This document shows, piece by piece, positions 35,960 to 48,963 of a stretch of 64,000 nucleotides of DNA. Source of the stretch: Camelus dromedarius (Eukaryota); NCBI RefSeq assembly GCF_036321535.1, contig NC_087436.1, positions 45,882,001 to 45,946,000 of the forward strand, written 5' to 3'. The translations under genes were made by a program, and so were the position numbers. The notes under the pieces are model-generated. The model did no database searches. It saw nothing but the letters and a program-made list of their open reading frames with translations, and was not told where the DNA came from. How positions within the stretch are numbered: the first letter of the stretch is position 1; every line of letters starts with the position of its first letter.

Positions 35960-36970
35960 TTTTTCTAATTCACATTCTTATTTGCGTAATTTATAGATGA
36001 CTTGTTTTACTTGGTCATGTAAATCTACATATGAGTTACCACTTTTTGTATAGGACTTGAACACTCACATTTAAAAAAAAACAACAGTTCATTTTTTTCA
36101 AAGTGAGCATTATAGTCTTGTACAAAAAGTGGTATTTCATGCATAGATACGGCATTCTGAGAAGGAAATAGAAAACATAAAACATAGTGACTTCTTAGTA
36201 GAGGCTACACTTGCAGAGTGATTCTGTCAGTACCTTCTGTGTTAAGTTACTATACACTGTCCAGCAGTCTCACATGCGGACTGTTATGTTAATGGAATAA
36301 TAGATATTACTTTTAAGATTCAATTCTTACTAATATGATATATAAAATTTGAGTAGCCCGTTAATAACCTACTGGAGACTGAAGATGGTTATGTTCAGGC
36401 TCTTATAGCAAACTTGAGGGTTGCTAGCTCAGAAGCAGTTTGCCTATGTCGTTTCAGTTGCAGTTCAAAACATGTGCCAACTCTATGCTAAGGTCAGTGG
36501 GACATTTATGCCTCTTTTTGTGTCATAACAGGGACTTCACGTCAGTTGAACATTTTACCTGTCCTTTAACCCCCTACTCACAGGCGTTGCCATCTCCATG
36601 GTTCTACCTATAAGAGCAAATGACTACAAATGATTTCAAGTGACAATTTATAATAATCTTAGCTATATTTAATGATAAAAATTTTCAACTACGAATTTAA
36701 AAAGTAATGGCAAGATGATTTTAAATGAAGCCTAAGAATCAAAGTGAAGCCAGGCACACTGACCACTTCACCTCTGCATGGGAATGAACGAACACAGGAC
36801 ACTTACGAGGAACCTTAACTCACGTGCTGAACTGCAGCAGCAGATGCTTCAATTTTGATGGACGCGTCCAAGCTCCTTCTGGCAGCAACCTCAACGAGCC
36901 ATGAAAATCCACAAACCAAAAATCTCAAATGAGAACATTAAAGAATACCTGTGTTTTGCAGGCATTTTTT

Positions 36971-36976
36971 TTTATT
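36971..36976 (-). terminator. Probable MCUB polyadenylation signal
   Basis: TTTATT on + (AATAAA on -) ~115 nt downstream of the MCUB stop. Confidence 0.55.
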
Positions 36977-37091
36977 AACAAAAGAGACTGAAATAGTCAA
37001 ATTCACATGAACTACAGGACTCAGAAAGTTCCAGTTTCTAAGTTGCAAATGAACACAATGCAAAAATTCACTGACATTTAAAAATGGAAGA

Positions 37092-37169
37092 TCACTTCTT
37101 TTCATTGAGTTCCTCTACTGGCATCTGCAAATAGAGAGAGTGGCGCACCCGTCTCAGGGCTTCTGTAGC
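37092..37169 (-). CDS. MCUB: MCUB last coding exon (exon 8)
   Basis: Minus strand: cctgtggacag|GCTACAGAA...AAGAAGTGA; ATEALRRVRHSLYLQMPVEELNEKK*. Confidence 0.92.
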   Translation of the reverse strand, partial: ATEALRRVRHSLYLQMPVEELNEKK

Positions 37170-37848
37170 CTGTCCACAGGAAGAAAAAGAGGCAGTGATC
37201 AGAAAGGACTGCAAGCCTTTGAGCATTACTGCTCACGAGGAACTCTATACCTTCAACATCTCCTTAGGTCAATACATAGATCTAAACTATGAGTGGCAAC
37301 TGCCTACTATTAATATTACAATTTATGTGGATCCTTTTGTAAAACATGAGTTCGAGGTTTCTATTATGTCCTTAGAGTTCTTGTTACGTTAGTTTTCGCC
37401 TTTACAGTGGTTTTCCCAGTTCATATTCAAAAACAAAAAACAAAAACCTACTCTGATTTATCAGTTTCCTGTTTTTCCTCAACTTTATTACTTAAAAAAA
37501 AAAAAAACTTCACAGGGTGCTCCTCTGAACCTTCAATGCCCAGGGCTATAAACTAGTTGGAAGAACATTCCTTTAGCCTTCTACTTAAATGTAGGAGTAT
37601 CCACTAAATTTTTTTAAAAAGCATCTTATTTTTCCTAAGTAATTATATGGAATTTAACAATATTTTTTAAAGGCTCTTTATCTCCAATTTTTCGACTACA
37701 AAGGAAATATCTTTCCTTATTTAAATTTGAGGGATAGGTCATTTAGAAGGTACAGGTAACAAAAGACATGATGATTACTGGCTATTGAATGATCATGCAT
37801 TGAGCAATGGAGGATATTTTTACCAAAACTTTTGTAATTAAAAAAAAA

Positions 37849-37962
37849 TTGGGGGGTAATTAGGTTATTAATTAATCAATTACTTTTATTTTTTTAATGG
37901 AGGTACTAGGTTTTGAACCCAGAATCTCCTGCATGCTAAGCATATGCTCTACCCTCCCCTCC
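37849..37962 (-). mobile_element. tRNA-Ala-derived SINE (vic-1-like), MCUB intron 7
   Basis: ggggggtaattaggtt...aatggaggtactaggttttgaacccagaatctcctgcatgctaagcatatgctctaccctcccc. Confidence 0.8.
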
Positions 37963-38625
37963 AAAAAACTTTTTTCTAATAAAATTGAGAATTCACCATC
38001 TGAACAAAGCTAATGAGACCACTGGGAGGCCAGAGATAAAATTTGCCTAAGAGACATGTTGTATGGAGGTTCTTAAGAGCACAGGCTGCAGAGTCCAACT
38101 TCTGGCTTCCTACCCTGGTTTCCCCACTCTAGCAGTGTGCACCTCTGTGTTCGCATCTGGAAGATGGAAAAGATGAATGGAGGAATAACATACTGATTCT
38201 ATTTTTAAGGAGGAGAAACTTGTAAATGCCTTTAGAGAGCTTAAAATTGTTTATCAATGTGTCCACCTTCTGAAAGTTCTACTTCTATATTCTTAACAGT
38301 TACAAAATCTGCATTTGAGTTTGACACTGGACTTTTTTCTTTAAAAACCTGTATTCAGTTAGAAAAAGCTTTCTCCTAAAAACTTTAAGACAATTTCCAT
38401 ACACACTTAAAGCTACCCACATGTAGAATACAGAAGACAAGAACAAAGCTGGAGGAAATTAGTATCAGACATGTCAGCTGTTTCACTGAACAAACCACAG
38501 TCCAGAGAAGCTATCGAGGACAAGATTAACCAGTGAGGGATGAGCCACGGATTGTGTTTCCCCGACATTAAGTTCTGGCTCCCAAACAAGACCAGTTATA
38601 AAATGTCATATTTGCAGTAAGGTAC

Positions 38626-38742
38626 CTTAGCAAGGTCTTCTTTTAACTGGTTGTACTGCACTACATCGAAGTGCTGTTGCTTTGATTTCTTATGGAAGAA
38701 GTGAAGAAACTGCCTACTCTTAACAGCTGAGTAAGTATAATC
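38626..38742 (-). CDS. MCUB: MCUB exon 7
   Basis: Minus: ttttcag|GATTAT...GCTAAG|gtacct; DYTYSAVKSRQFLHFFHKKSKQQHFDVVQYNQLKEDLAK. Confidence 0.96.
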
Positions 38743-39326
38743 CTGAAAAAAAAAAAAAGCGACAGAGCATGTTTTAAATGAACATATTGCCTTAGCAACA
38801 ACAACGCAAAGGCAGGCAGTAAAGGAAGGTAAAATATTTGCAGTGGCCATCAGAGCGAGCATAAGGCAACACAAGTAAAACATTTAGTCTCATTTGAGAT
38901 CAGCTGCTCCTTTCAAAAGCAAGCAAGCTGGGAAGAGAAATCACACATACTGGGATAGAAAAGAGAAAAAGGAAGATGGAGATTTTTGGCAAAATAATCA
39001 TGTGATAGAACTGAAGTTACTGGGTGGTTTGCAATACAGATTCAATTTTATTTACGCACAGGGTATGTAAGTTTGATGGGTTTATCTCAATGGAGGAATT
39101 TGGTAACTTGTACTATGTACTTCTCCACAGAGGTTAAGTATAGTTTCTCTGTGCTATATATAAAAATCTCCATGCTCTGGGAAACAACGAAATTTAACAG
39201 CTGATAAAACCCCAGACAGCAGTAATTCAGTAAGTAAAAAGGTTTTAATGCTCATTACTTGACTTGGATCAGGAATTATTTACAGAAGATGTTATAACTT
39301 ACCATTTCCTTAACAAAACTACTCAC

Positions 39327-39530
39327 CTGTCGAGTGACTATAAAGTATGCAAAGAAGACCATAGAATTTGCAAATGTGATGAAGTAGGTGACTGGTTCCA
39401 TGATATCCCAGGAGTACACCCACCAGGTGAGCCAGGCCATTGCCCCGCCCTGGACGGACAGCACTGCTAACCCAGCCCACAGGAGTCCACTGGTTTTGGC
39501 TTCTGAACGATCTTCTATTTTGGCTTTCAT
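39327..39530 (-). CDS. MCUB: MCUB exon 6 (TM1-DIME-TM2 pore region)
   Basis: Minus: ccctcag|ATGAAAGCC...CGACAG|gtgagt; [68 protein letters not shown]. Confidence 0.98.
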
Positions 39531-39596
39531 CTGAGGGGGAAAAATGACTGTTCAGTTTACAGTGCACTGACTTAAGGGAAAAAAGCAAGAAAAAGA

Positions 39597-39760
39597 GGGG
39601 AGGGTATAGCTCAGTGGTAGAGTGTGTGTTTAGCATGCACGAAGTCCTAGGTTCAATCCCCAGTACCTCCATTTAAATAAGTAAGTAAATAAATCTAATT
39701 ACTCCACCCCCCAAAAAAACTCCAAAAAAATGTAATAAAATTTTTTTTAAAAAAAGAAAA
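39597..39760 (+). mobile_element. tRNA-Ala-derived SINE (vic-1-like), MCUB intron 5
   Basis: GGGGAGGGTATAGCTCAGTGGTAGAG...GGTTCAATCCCCAGTACCTCC plus A-rich tail. Confidence 0.9.
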
Positions 39761-40794
39761 GGAACAAAAGTGCATTAAATAGGTCTGAAAAAAACAAGAA
39801 TTTATAAAACATATACATTAATGAGTGATCACATTGCCAAAATAGTTCATTGATAAACCATTGTTTAAATTATAAAGGTAATAATTGCTCATGGAAAAAA
39901 TTGAAATAGTATAGAAGGATATACATTTTTCCATCAAGCTATCATACAGCTATAATGGAGATCTTTCCAGGATATACTGTTAGTGAAAAAAGGTGAGAAT
40001 AGTGTATAATAGCAGGTACCTTTAGGGAACAAAACAATAATTTGTTTTTGTTTGTACATAGATGAAGAAAATCTGAAGCAATTCATAGTTGTAGGGATAT
40101 GGTACTGGGAGGACTGTAGGAGGAAAACTCCATTGGCCACCTTTTTAGATTTTTTAAACTTTAATGCAAGTAAATATATCACCAACTTTCTAAAAAGTAA
40201 AGAAAAAATTAAAATGTGGGCTCACAATCCAAATAGAAAGGCCCCTCTCTCTGGTGTTCCCTAAGTACCCTTAGAGGTAATCACATCAAAACTTTCTTTT
40301 CTCCAGAAACCTTCTGTTTGTACACAAAGATACATATACCTATCCATTTTGAAAAGTCACAATGGGATCAGTTTTCAAAAATGCATTTTCTCCCTTAAAT
40401 CAAAACACTTTTTTTCCTTCCTCCACCACTGATTAACTTCAGAGCTTAGGAAGCCACTGCTAACTTTCCATTTGTGATTCTATTGGGCAGAGTGGGACTG
40501 TGGGTGCTCCAGCTGGTGCATCCCAGCTCACCCTCCCCTCAGGTCAGGGACACAATGGCCGATCTGTGGAGAGGAGGCAAAGGTGGCAGCCAGGACTCAG
40601 ACCTCCAGGGCTCAAGTTCACGCTGAGCTACCATCCTCTGAATGAGGAAGGTAACAATACCAAGCTCCCAGGCTCACTGTGAGGACTAAAGGAGAACATG
40701 AGCATAATTAAAGCATTCAGAAAAATGCTCACGTGGCGCATGCTCAAACATTGGGTGTTATTTGCAAGCAGACTCAACTGCGACGCTTCCAAAC

Positions 40795-40955
40795 CTGTTC
40801 GAGGGGCTGCAGCTGTCCCTTCAGGTAGTCGATTTTCTCCAGTAGATGGTGCTCTCTCTTTTTCTGAAACTCTTCTAAATGCAAGGCTGTGAACAGTCTG
40901 TGAACCAAGGATTTCATGTTTTCCATCTCAGTAGTTTGCTCACGACTCAGCTTTT
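40795..40955 (-). CDS. MCUB: MCUB exon 5 (coiled coil)
   Basis: Minus: ttctcag|AAAAGCTG...GAACAG|gtttgg; (E)KLSREQTTEMENMKSLVHRLFTALHLEEFQKKREHHLLEKIDYLKGQLQPLEQ. Confidence 0.95.
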
Positions 40956-42870
40956 CTGAGAAAAGACACAGGGGAAACATAAGGCAGTGGCCACATTTTT
41001 TTCCTCCAGGGTTTGTAAGTCCAGGGAACCACATCTGAATCTCCACGGCTGGATGCCTGGGTGTGCCCAACTCCTGGGGTGGGGCAGGGTGGGGGGGACA
41101 CATTTGGTGTTGGCCTTTATTCCTGTCTCAGGTGACTATATTCATCTCTCTGGAATAACAAATAACCAGACAATAGGTTTAAAATTCATGTTTTTGTCTG
41201 TTCTCTTTTATAATATAACTAGTACTGTTTCTTTAAAAGAAAAAGTAATACAGGAAAAGGGAGTATCCATCTGCCAGAATCCAACCTTACAACCTTAGTT
41301 GGTAACACATTAGTTTACAGGTTCACTTTTATACCTGACTTAACCTAAGATCCCTCCCCCTTCACCCCAGCTATCTATCCAAAAGTCATTTTAAGGTCCA
41401 CTGGGGAGGGAAGCTGGTGTCCAAACAGGTAAATGAAAGTATCACACCCGTTGGAAAAGCAATTCAAGTGTAAGTTCTTTTCAGCAAGGTGTAGATCTGG
41501 AAGGAGGTTCACATGGACCAGAGTCAGTTTCTGAGTTTTTAACACAAGAGTTGAGTTCTTTTGACTACAGGTTTCTTTCATCCTTCCACCTCCGTGGATC
41601 TATAAATCCACATAAAATTGGGCTGTACTGACACCTTTCCAGGGGTTATAACTGTCCCCCACCACTGTAAGAGAACTTGGGGTGGGGGGACAAGGTGAGA
41701 GGAAGGAAAGAGGGTCCTTCCCCCAGGCAGCAGCACACAATGGCAGACACGGGGGTTTATGATCCCAGAGTCAGTGTTAGCCCAGTGGTTTTCCAGCCTG
41801 TGTCAGCGGTCCTGAAGTTACTCTTCCTTCCGTCTCCACCCGCTTCTTCAAGACTTCATTATGACCTTCAATCCCTTCTACGTTCTAGGCTAAAACTGAC
41901 ACAAAGAGGTAAAAACGAGAAGTTTCCTTCCAGGCTTTTGAGATTTGCAGAACAGTTAGAGCCTTTTTGTTTTGATAAAAACTGTATTGATATTTAAAAG
42001 GTGCACACACAGAAAAAAGGTATAGATGGGGCAGGATTCTAAGGCTGTGGAGCATAAGCCAGACACTGGTCAAAGTGGTAAGGGTAGACTTTATTCAGCA
42101 ACTGCTGCACAAGGGAAGAGGATTCAGCATGAACTCAACTTCTATTTGTGCAGAGGTGGCTGGGCATTTTAAGGGAGGGACAGAGGCCATCAGGGGCTTA
42201 AGCAGAGTCAGGGACGTGGAAAAATCCACAAAAAGTGAGAATGGAAGTTGCTTAATGTGACTAGGCCATTTAGATTAGTTAACTGGCGCTTATCTGGAAG
42301 AGGAAGGTCAAGTAGAACAATGAGATGCCCTGAAAATGTTTTATTTCCACTTGCTCCCTCAAAAGCTAAGCCCAGAGAACAGGAAGTGGAAGACCTTCCA
42401 GAGTGCTGGGAACTCACTGGATATGAAATTTCTATTTTAACATGGGTATTCATTTTCATATTTCTCAACTTCTTCCATCCTTCTCTCTTTGGGTTTAAAT
42501 ACTGTCCTGATTTTAAAAAAGAATCAAGAATAGAAGAATATTCATAATTGTTGAGATGGATTTATTTTAATTTCTCTATGTCTGTCTTTGACAATTCCAT
42601 AAAATGTTCAAACATACAATTAAAATTTTTAAAAATATTTTTCTTCCAAGGATCTTCAGAGAAGTGGCTGATATCAATGCTGGAGTACAAGGTCACTCTG
42701 GCCCATCTAGTTATACCAGAAAGAAAATGCTCAAAATAAAAACGGGGGCAGGTCACAAGGACATGGGAGCTGATGGTGTTCAAACTGTACCAGATATGGT
42801 TAGTAGGAGCCCCCTTAAGCTGGCTCCTATGTCCTTGTAATTGACTCCCATTTTTCTGTTAGCATTTCCA

Positions 42871-43848
42871 TATTTTTTTTAAATTGAATTATATTGATTT
42901 ACAGTATTATATTAGTTTCAGATGTATAGCATATTGATTCAGTATTTTAACATATACTCCATTAAAAGTTATTACAAAATAATGGCTATAGTTTCCTATG
43001 CTGTATAATACAGCCTTGTTATTATTTTATAAACCGAAGTTTGTATCTCTTAACCCCCTATGCCTATCTTGCCCCTCCTACCTTCTTTCTCCCCACTGGT
43101 AACCACTGGTTTGTTTTCTATATCTGTTTTCTATTCTGCTATATACATTCATTTGTTTTATTTTTTTAGATTCCACATATAAATAATATCATACAGTATT
43201 TGTCTTTCTCTGTCTAAGCATAATCTCCAGGTCCATCCATGTTGCTGCAAATAGCAGATTCATTCTTTTTTATGGCTGAGTAGTATTCCACTGTGTATGT
43301 GTGTATCTTATATTTTCTTAAGCCAATCATCTGTTGATGGACACTTGGGTTGCCTCCATATCTTGACTACCATAAACAGTGCTATGAACATTAGGGTGCA
43401 TATATCTTTTCAAATTAGTGTTTTCATTTTTTTCCAGATATATACAAGGAATGTGACCAACAAGTAGTTAATATCCAAAATATACAAACAGCTTATACAA
43501 CTCAACATTAAAAAAAAAAAAAAACAATCAAAAAATTGGCAGATCTAAACAGATATTTCTCCAAAGAAGACATACAGATGGCTATCAGACACATGAAAAG
43601 ATGCTCAACATCACTATTAGAGAAATGCAAATCAAAACAATGACTTATCACCTCACACCTGTCAGACTGGCTGTCATTAAAAAGTTTACAAATAACAAAT
43701 GTTGGCAAGGATGTAGAGAAAAGGGAAACCTTTTACACTATTCATAGGAATGTAAATCAGTGCAGCCACTATAGAAAACAGTATGGAGGTTCCTCAAAAA
43801 ACTAGAAATTGGACTACTGTATGATCCAGCAATCCCAACTCCTGGTAT
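42871..43848. mobile_element. L1 3' fragment with 5' inversion
   Basis: Antisense L1 3' UTR 42871-~43452 joined to the contiguous upstream ORF2 segment in sense orientation, ~43453-43848. Confidence 0.8.
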
Positions 43849-44317
43849 TGATGACTCCTGCCTGAATTTGGCTGCCAAATAATGATTTTTTTCAACTATA
43901 GCAGCCCTCCCATATGTACCAGTCAGTACTTGGCTTTCTAACTATACACATGGACCTTCCCTTATTTACTGATTTATTGATCTCATCATCTATTTATTAA
44001 GGCATAGACTCAAGTATTACTTCCTCTCACCCCCAGTAGTCTATGATCACAGCTTACTGGGAGGAGAAACCTCTGGAGCCAATCCTGGCAGGAACACTTA
44101 AACTATAATTGATGAATTGTTGAAGGCTCAGTGCTGACTAGCTTGAGAAATAAAAACTCCCACACATTCATGAGTTTTACCTCCAGGAATCCCATCTGGT
44201 TCTCACAGTGAAGGTCAGAGAATCAGAAAAATACCTCCCTGTTTCCAGCAGAGAGAGGAGGAATATAACCATTTTTAAATAGCCCTGAGCATTACTTAAT
44301 CCATACCAAGGAAATGC

Positions 44318-44525
44318 CAGTTGACCCCTGAACAATGTGGGTGTTATGGGCACCAACCCACCACACACTTGAAAATCCACATATAACCTTCTAGTTGGCC
44401 CTCTATCCACGGTTCCAACAACTCAACCAACCGTGGATCATGTAGTGCTGCAGTGTTTATTGAAAAAAAAAATCAGCATGTTAAGTGGACCCATGCAGTT
44501 CAAACCTATGTTCAAGGGCCAACTG
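44318..44525. mobile_element. Tigger2-derived MITE (MER8-like)
   Basis: Terminal inverted repeats cagttgacccctgaaca ... tgttcaagggccaactg. Confidence 0.75.
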
Positions 44526-47500
44526 TACTTTACCAGAGCTTAATTTGGCCTGGAGGAAGGACAATTAGCCAACTTCAGACCCCTCTAGCCTTCCCGGCTC
44601 ATATAGGGGAGGGAGAATAAGGCTAAGAAGCTTTTCTGAAGGTTAAATTATAGGAATCCTGGCCCAATAAAAGCCATGAGATTTAACCATAAGATTACAG
44701 AATGCTTTTCCTCCCTAATACCTTAACACCACATCCATAGGGCTCCAGTTCTGTGCAAGACACAGACACTATTTAAGAAAGGATTTCTAGGGAAACTCAA
44801 ACACAGCAGGGAAGAGAAAAACAGGGACATTAGAAGAAACTGAAGCCTCTGATACCTACAGCTACAGCACACAGTAAACAGCCAGACTCCTGGCCAGATA
44901 CACATAAAACCTCACAATGAAGATCTACTTGCTTCAGTTTCTATTTTTAATACATCATGTCCACCTTTCAACAAAAAATGACAAGGCAGGTAAAAGGCAA
45001 GAAAAAACAGTCTGACCAGACAAAGCAAGCATCAGAACCAGAATCTGACATGGCAGAGATTTTAGAATTCAGACCAAAAAATTAAGACAAATATGATTAA
45101 CACGGTAAAGGCTGTGATGGAAAAAGTAGATAATATGGATGAACAGATGAGTAATGTAAACAGAGAGATGGAAATTCTAGAAAAGAATCAAGAAGAATTG
45201 CCAGAAACCAAAAACATTGTAATAGAAATGAAGAATGCCTTTGATGGGCTCATTTGATGGGCTCATCAGTAAACAACACACAGGGGAGGAAAGAATCAGT
45301 GAGTTTAAGGATACGTCTATAGAAATCTGCCAAACTGGAAGGCAAAGAGAAAGGAAAAAAGAAACTGAACATCCAAGAACTATACAACAGTTACAAAAGG
45401 TATAAAATGCCTAATGGGAATACCAGATGGAGAAGAGAGAGGAACAGAAGAGACACCTGAAGTAATGATGGCTGAGAACTTTCCAAAAGTATATTGCAAC
45501 CGGTGAAATGATAGCTTGAGACGAAAAGGAAAACTCTCTCTAAAAAAGAAAAGACTTCTGGTTTCTGGTCTGACATATAAGGAGCTTGGAAGTCATCACT
45601 CCATCCTAACAACAGGTAAAAAGCTGAACAAACTGAAAATCAATACTCTTCTTAGATACGTGAGAAAACCAAGGTCACAGGGCAAATGGCTGCACACAAA
45701 ACTGAAGAGACTGATGTACAGAGAATTACATCTTACCAGAGCAGGAACCCTTGAGCAGAAACCTTCACAGAACCAGTGAACTGTAACTGACAAGCTACTG
45801 GAGGTTTGGTGTGGACAACTCTGAGTTAAAAAATCCAGTGGGACACAGCTTTAGGGGCACATGCCCATTCTTTTGGGAGTTTTACCCCCAAGAGTTCTAC
45901 CAGGTTCTCCTAACAAAGATGAGAGAAAAATACCCTGTCCTTCTAGTACAGGGAGGAGAAAACTACCATTTTTAAATACACCAGAGCATTTCGTTCTTAA
46001 CAAGGCTGCCCTCAAGAGAAACGATTTTATAAAGATCTAATCTGTTCTTAGAAACAATAATTAGTACATATATGTAAACTTACAAATGTATACTGTATAC
46101 ATGTATTTACATGCAATATAATGTGTATGTGCAGTCATACTGTAGTAATTGTACATAATAAAACTGAAAAAGGAAAAAAAAGAGAGAGAGAAATGATTTT
46201 ACCAGAGCCTACCTTAATAGATTCTAAAGGAATCTAATCTTGTCAGTTAGGCATATATTAAGCAATATATAATCTAACAACAAGTGTCAAAATATAAAAG
46301 GCAACTGTAGAGAGAAAGAAATGAATCCAGTAAAGCTGGAAGCTTCAAAACCTCTCTATCGGAGAGATTCAGCCAGCAAAAAAAATCAGTAAGGACATAG
46401 CTGAACTCAACAGTACCATCAATCAACTGGGTAGAACTGATGTCTATAGACAGCTCAATCCAAGAACAGCAGGACACACATTCTTCTCAAGCTCACATGG
46501 AATATTCACCAGGATAGACCTCATTTAGGCCATAAGGCCCACCCAAATAAATGCCAAAGAACAGAAATCATACAATGTATGCTCTCAGACCACAACAAAA
46601 TTAAAAGTGGAAATAACAAAAGATAGCTGGAAAATCCAAAGTATTTGCAGAGATTAAACAATACACCTCTAAATAACACATGGTTCAAGGAAGAAATCAA
46701 GATTAATTAAACACTATTTTGAATTAAATGAAAATGAAAACATAACTTATCAAAATTTGTGGGATGCAACAAAGACAGCATTTGAAGAGAAATTTATAGC
46801 ATTGAATGCATACATTAGAAAAGAAGAAACATCTAAAATCAAAAATCTGACTTTCCACCTTAGGAAACTGGAAAAAGAAAAGCAAATTAAATTCCAAGTA
46901 AACAGACAAAAAGAAATAATAAAAATTAGAACAGAAATCAATGGAATTGATTAATTCCTAGCCAGGCTTACTAAGAAAAAAAAGATAAATTACTAATATG
47001 AAATGAAAGACAGACCCCACGGACATTAAAGGAATACTATGAATAACTCTATGCCTGCAAATTTGATGACCTAGATTAAATGGACCAATTCTTTGAAAGG
47101 TACACTTTGTCAAAACACATGCAAGAAAAAACAATCTGAATAGGCTTATATCTATTTTAAAAATTGAATCAATAATTAATAACCTTCTAAAATGGAAACC
47201 ACCAGGCCCAGATGGGTTCACTGGTGAATCCTACTCAAAATTTAAGGAAGAAATTATACCAATTCTCCACAGTCTCTTCCAGAATATTAGAAGCAGAGGA
47301 AATATTTCCTAAGTCACTCATGAGAAAAGAATTACCCGAACACCAACGCCAGAGAAAAACATTACAAGAAAAAAAAAATTACAGACCACTATCTCTCGAG
47401 TATGAATACAAAAATCCTTAACAAAATATTAGCAAACTGAACCCAATAATGTATAAAAAGAATTATACATCATGACCAAGTAGGATTTACACAGGATGGC

Positions 47501-48671
47501 TGGCTCAACATTTGAAAATCAGTTAATGCCATCCATCACATCAACAGGCTAGAGAAGAAGAATCATATGATCTTATCAATAGATGCATAAAAACATTTGA
47601 TGAAGTCCAGTACCCACAAATGATGAAAACCATCAGCAAACCAGGAATAGAGGAACTTCCTCAACTTGGTAAAAACATCTAACATAATATTTAATAAGAA
47701 ACTTGAAGCTTTCCTGCTAAGACCATGAAAAGGGAAAGGAGCATCCTCTCACCACTCTTCAAAACCATGCTGCAAGTCCTAGCTAATGCAGTAAGAAAAG
47801 GAAATAAAAGATAATATATTGTGAAGGAAGAAATAAAATTGTCTTTGCTCGCAGATGACATAATCATCTATATAGAAAATCAGAAAGAAATGACCAAAAA
47901 AAAAAAAAAAAAAAACCAACCAACTCTCGGAACTAATAAGCAATTATAGCAAGGTTGCAAGATACAAGGTTAATATATAAAAGTTAATAGCTTTATTGTA
48001 TACCAGCTATGAACAAATGGAATTTGAAATTAAAAACACATTACTATTTACATTAGCACCTAAAAAATTTAAACACTTAGGCATAAATCTAACAAAATAT
48101 GTACACAATCTCTATGAGGAAAACTACAAAACTCTAATAAAAGATATCAAAGAACTAAATAGAGCTTTCCTTGTTCATGGATAAAAAGACTCAATATTGT
48201 CAAGACATCTTTTCTTCCCAACTTTATCTATAGATTCAACACAATCTCAATCAAGATCCCGGCAATACTTTGTGGATGTCAACAAACTGAGTCTAAAGTT
48301 TATATGGACAATCAAAAGACTCAGAATAGCTAACTCAGTATTGAAGAGTGAAGTCAGAAGACTGACACCACTCAACTTCAATGCTTACTATAAAGCTACA
48401 GTGTCAAGACAGTGTGGTAAAGAACAGACAGATCAATGGAACAGAAGAGAGAGCCCAGAAATAGATCCATATAAATACAGTTGACAGAGCAAAGGCATAT
48501 AGTGCAGCAAAGACAGTCTTTTCAACAAATGGTGTTGGAAGAACTGAACATTCAAATGCAAAAACAGGAATCTAGACTCAGACTTTACACCCTTCACAAA
48601 AATTAACTCAAAATGGATCGACTTAAATGTAAAATGCAAAACTATAAAACTGTTTATAACAGGAGTAAACA

Positions 48672-48963
48672 CAAAACAGAAACAGACTCATAGACATAGA
48701 ATACAGACTTGTGGTTGCCAAGGGGGCGGGGGGTGGGAAGGGACAGACTGGGATTTCAAAATGTAGAATAGATAAACAAGATTATACTGTATAGCACAGG
48801 GAAATATATACAAGATCTTGCGGTAGCTCACAGCAAAAGAGAATGTGACAATGAATATATGTATGTTCATGTATAACTGAAAAATTGTGCTCTACACTGG
48901 AATTTGACACAACATTGTAAAATGACTATAACTCAATAAAAAAATGGTAAAAAAAAAAAAAAA
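48672..48963 (+). mobile_element. Young L1 3' UTR inserted in old L1M ORF2
   Basis: caaaacagaaacagactcatagacatag...gactataactcaataaaaaaa plus poly-A; same family as 18399-18583. Confidence 0.8.

Noticed and set aside
39327..39530. Possibility that the minus-strand gene is MCU rather than MCUB
   Set aside because: The W/V pore-adjacent residues ([15 protein letters not shown]) and synteny with CASP6 and PLA2G12A identify MCUB.
42030..42310. Possible old LTR fragment in MCUB intron 4
   Set aside because: LTR-like wording, but I could not define termini, TSD or family, so it is not listed as a feature.
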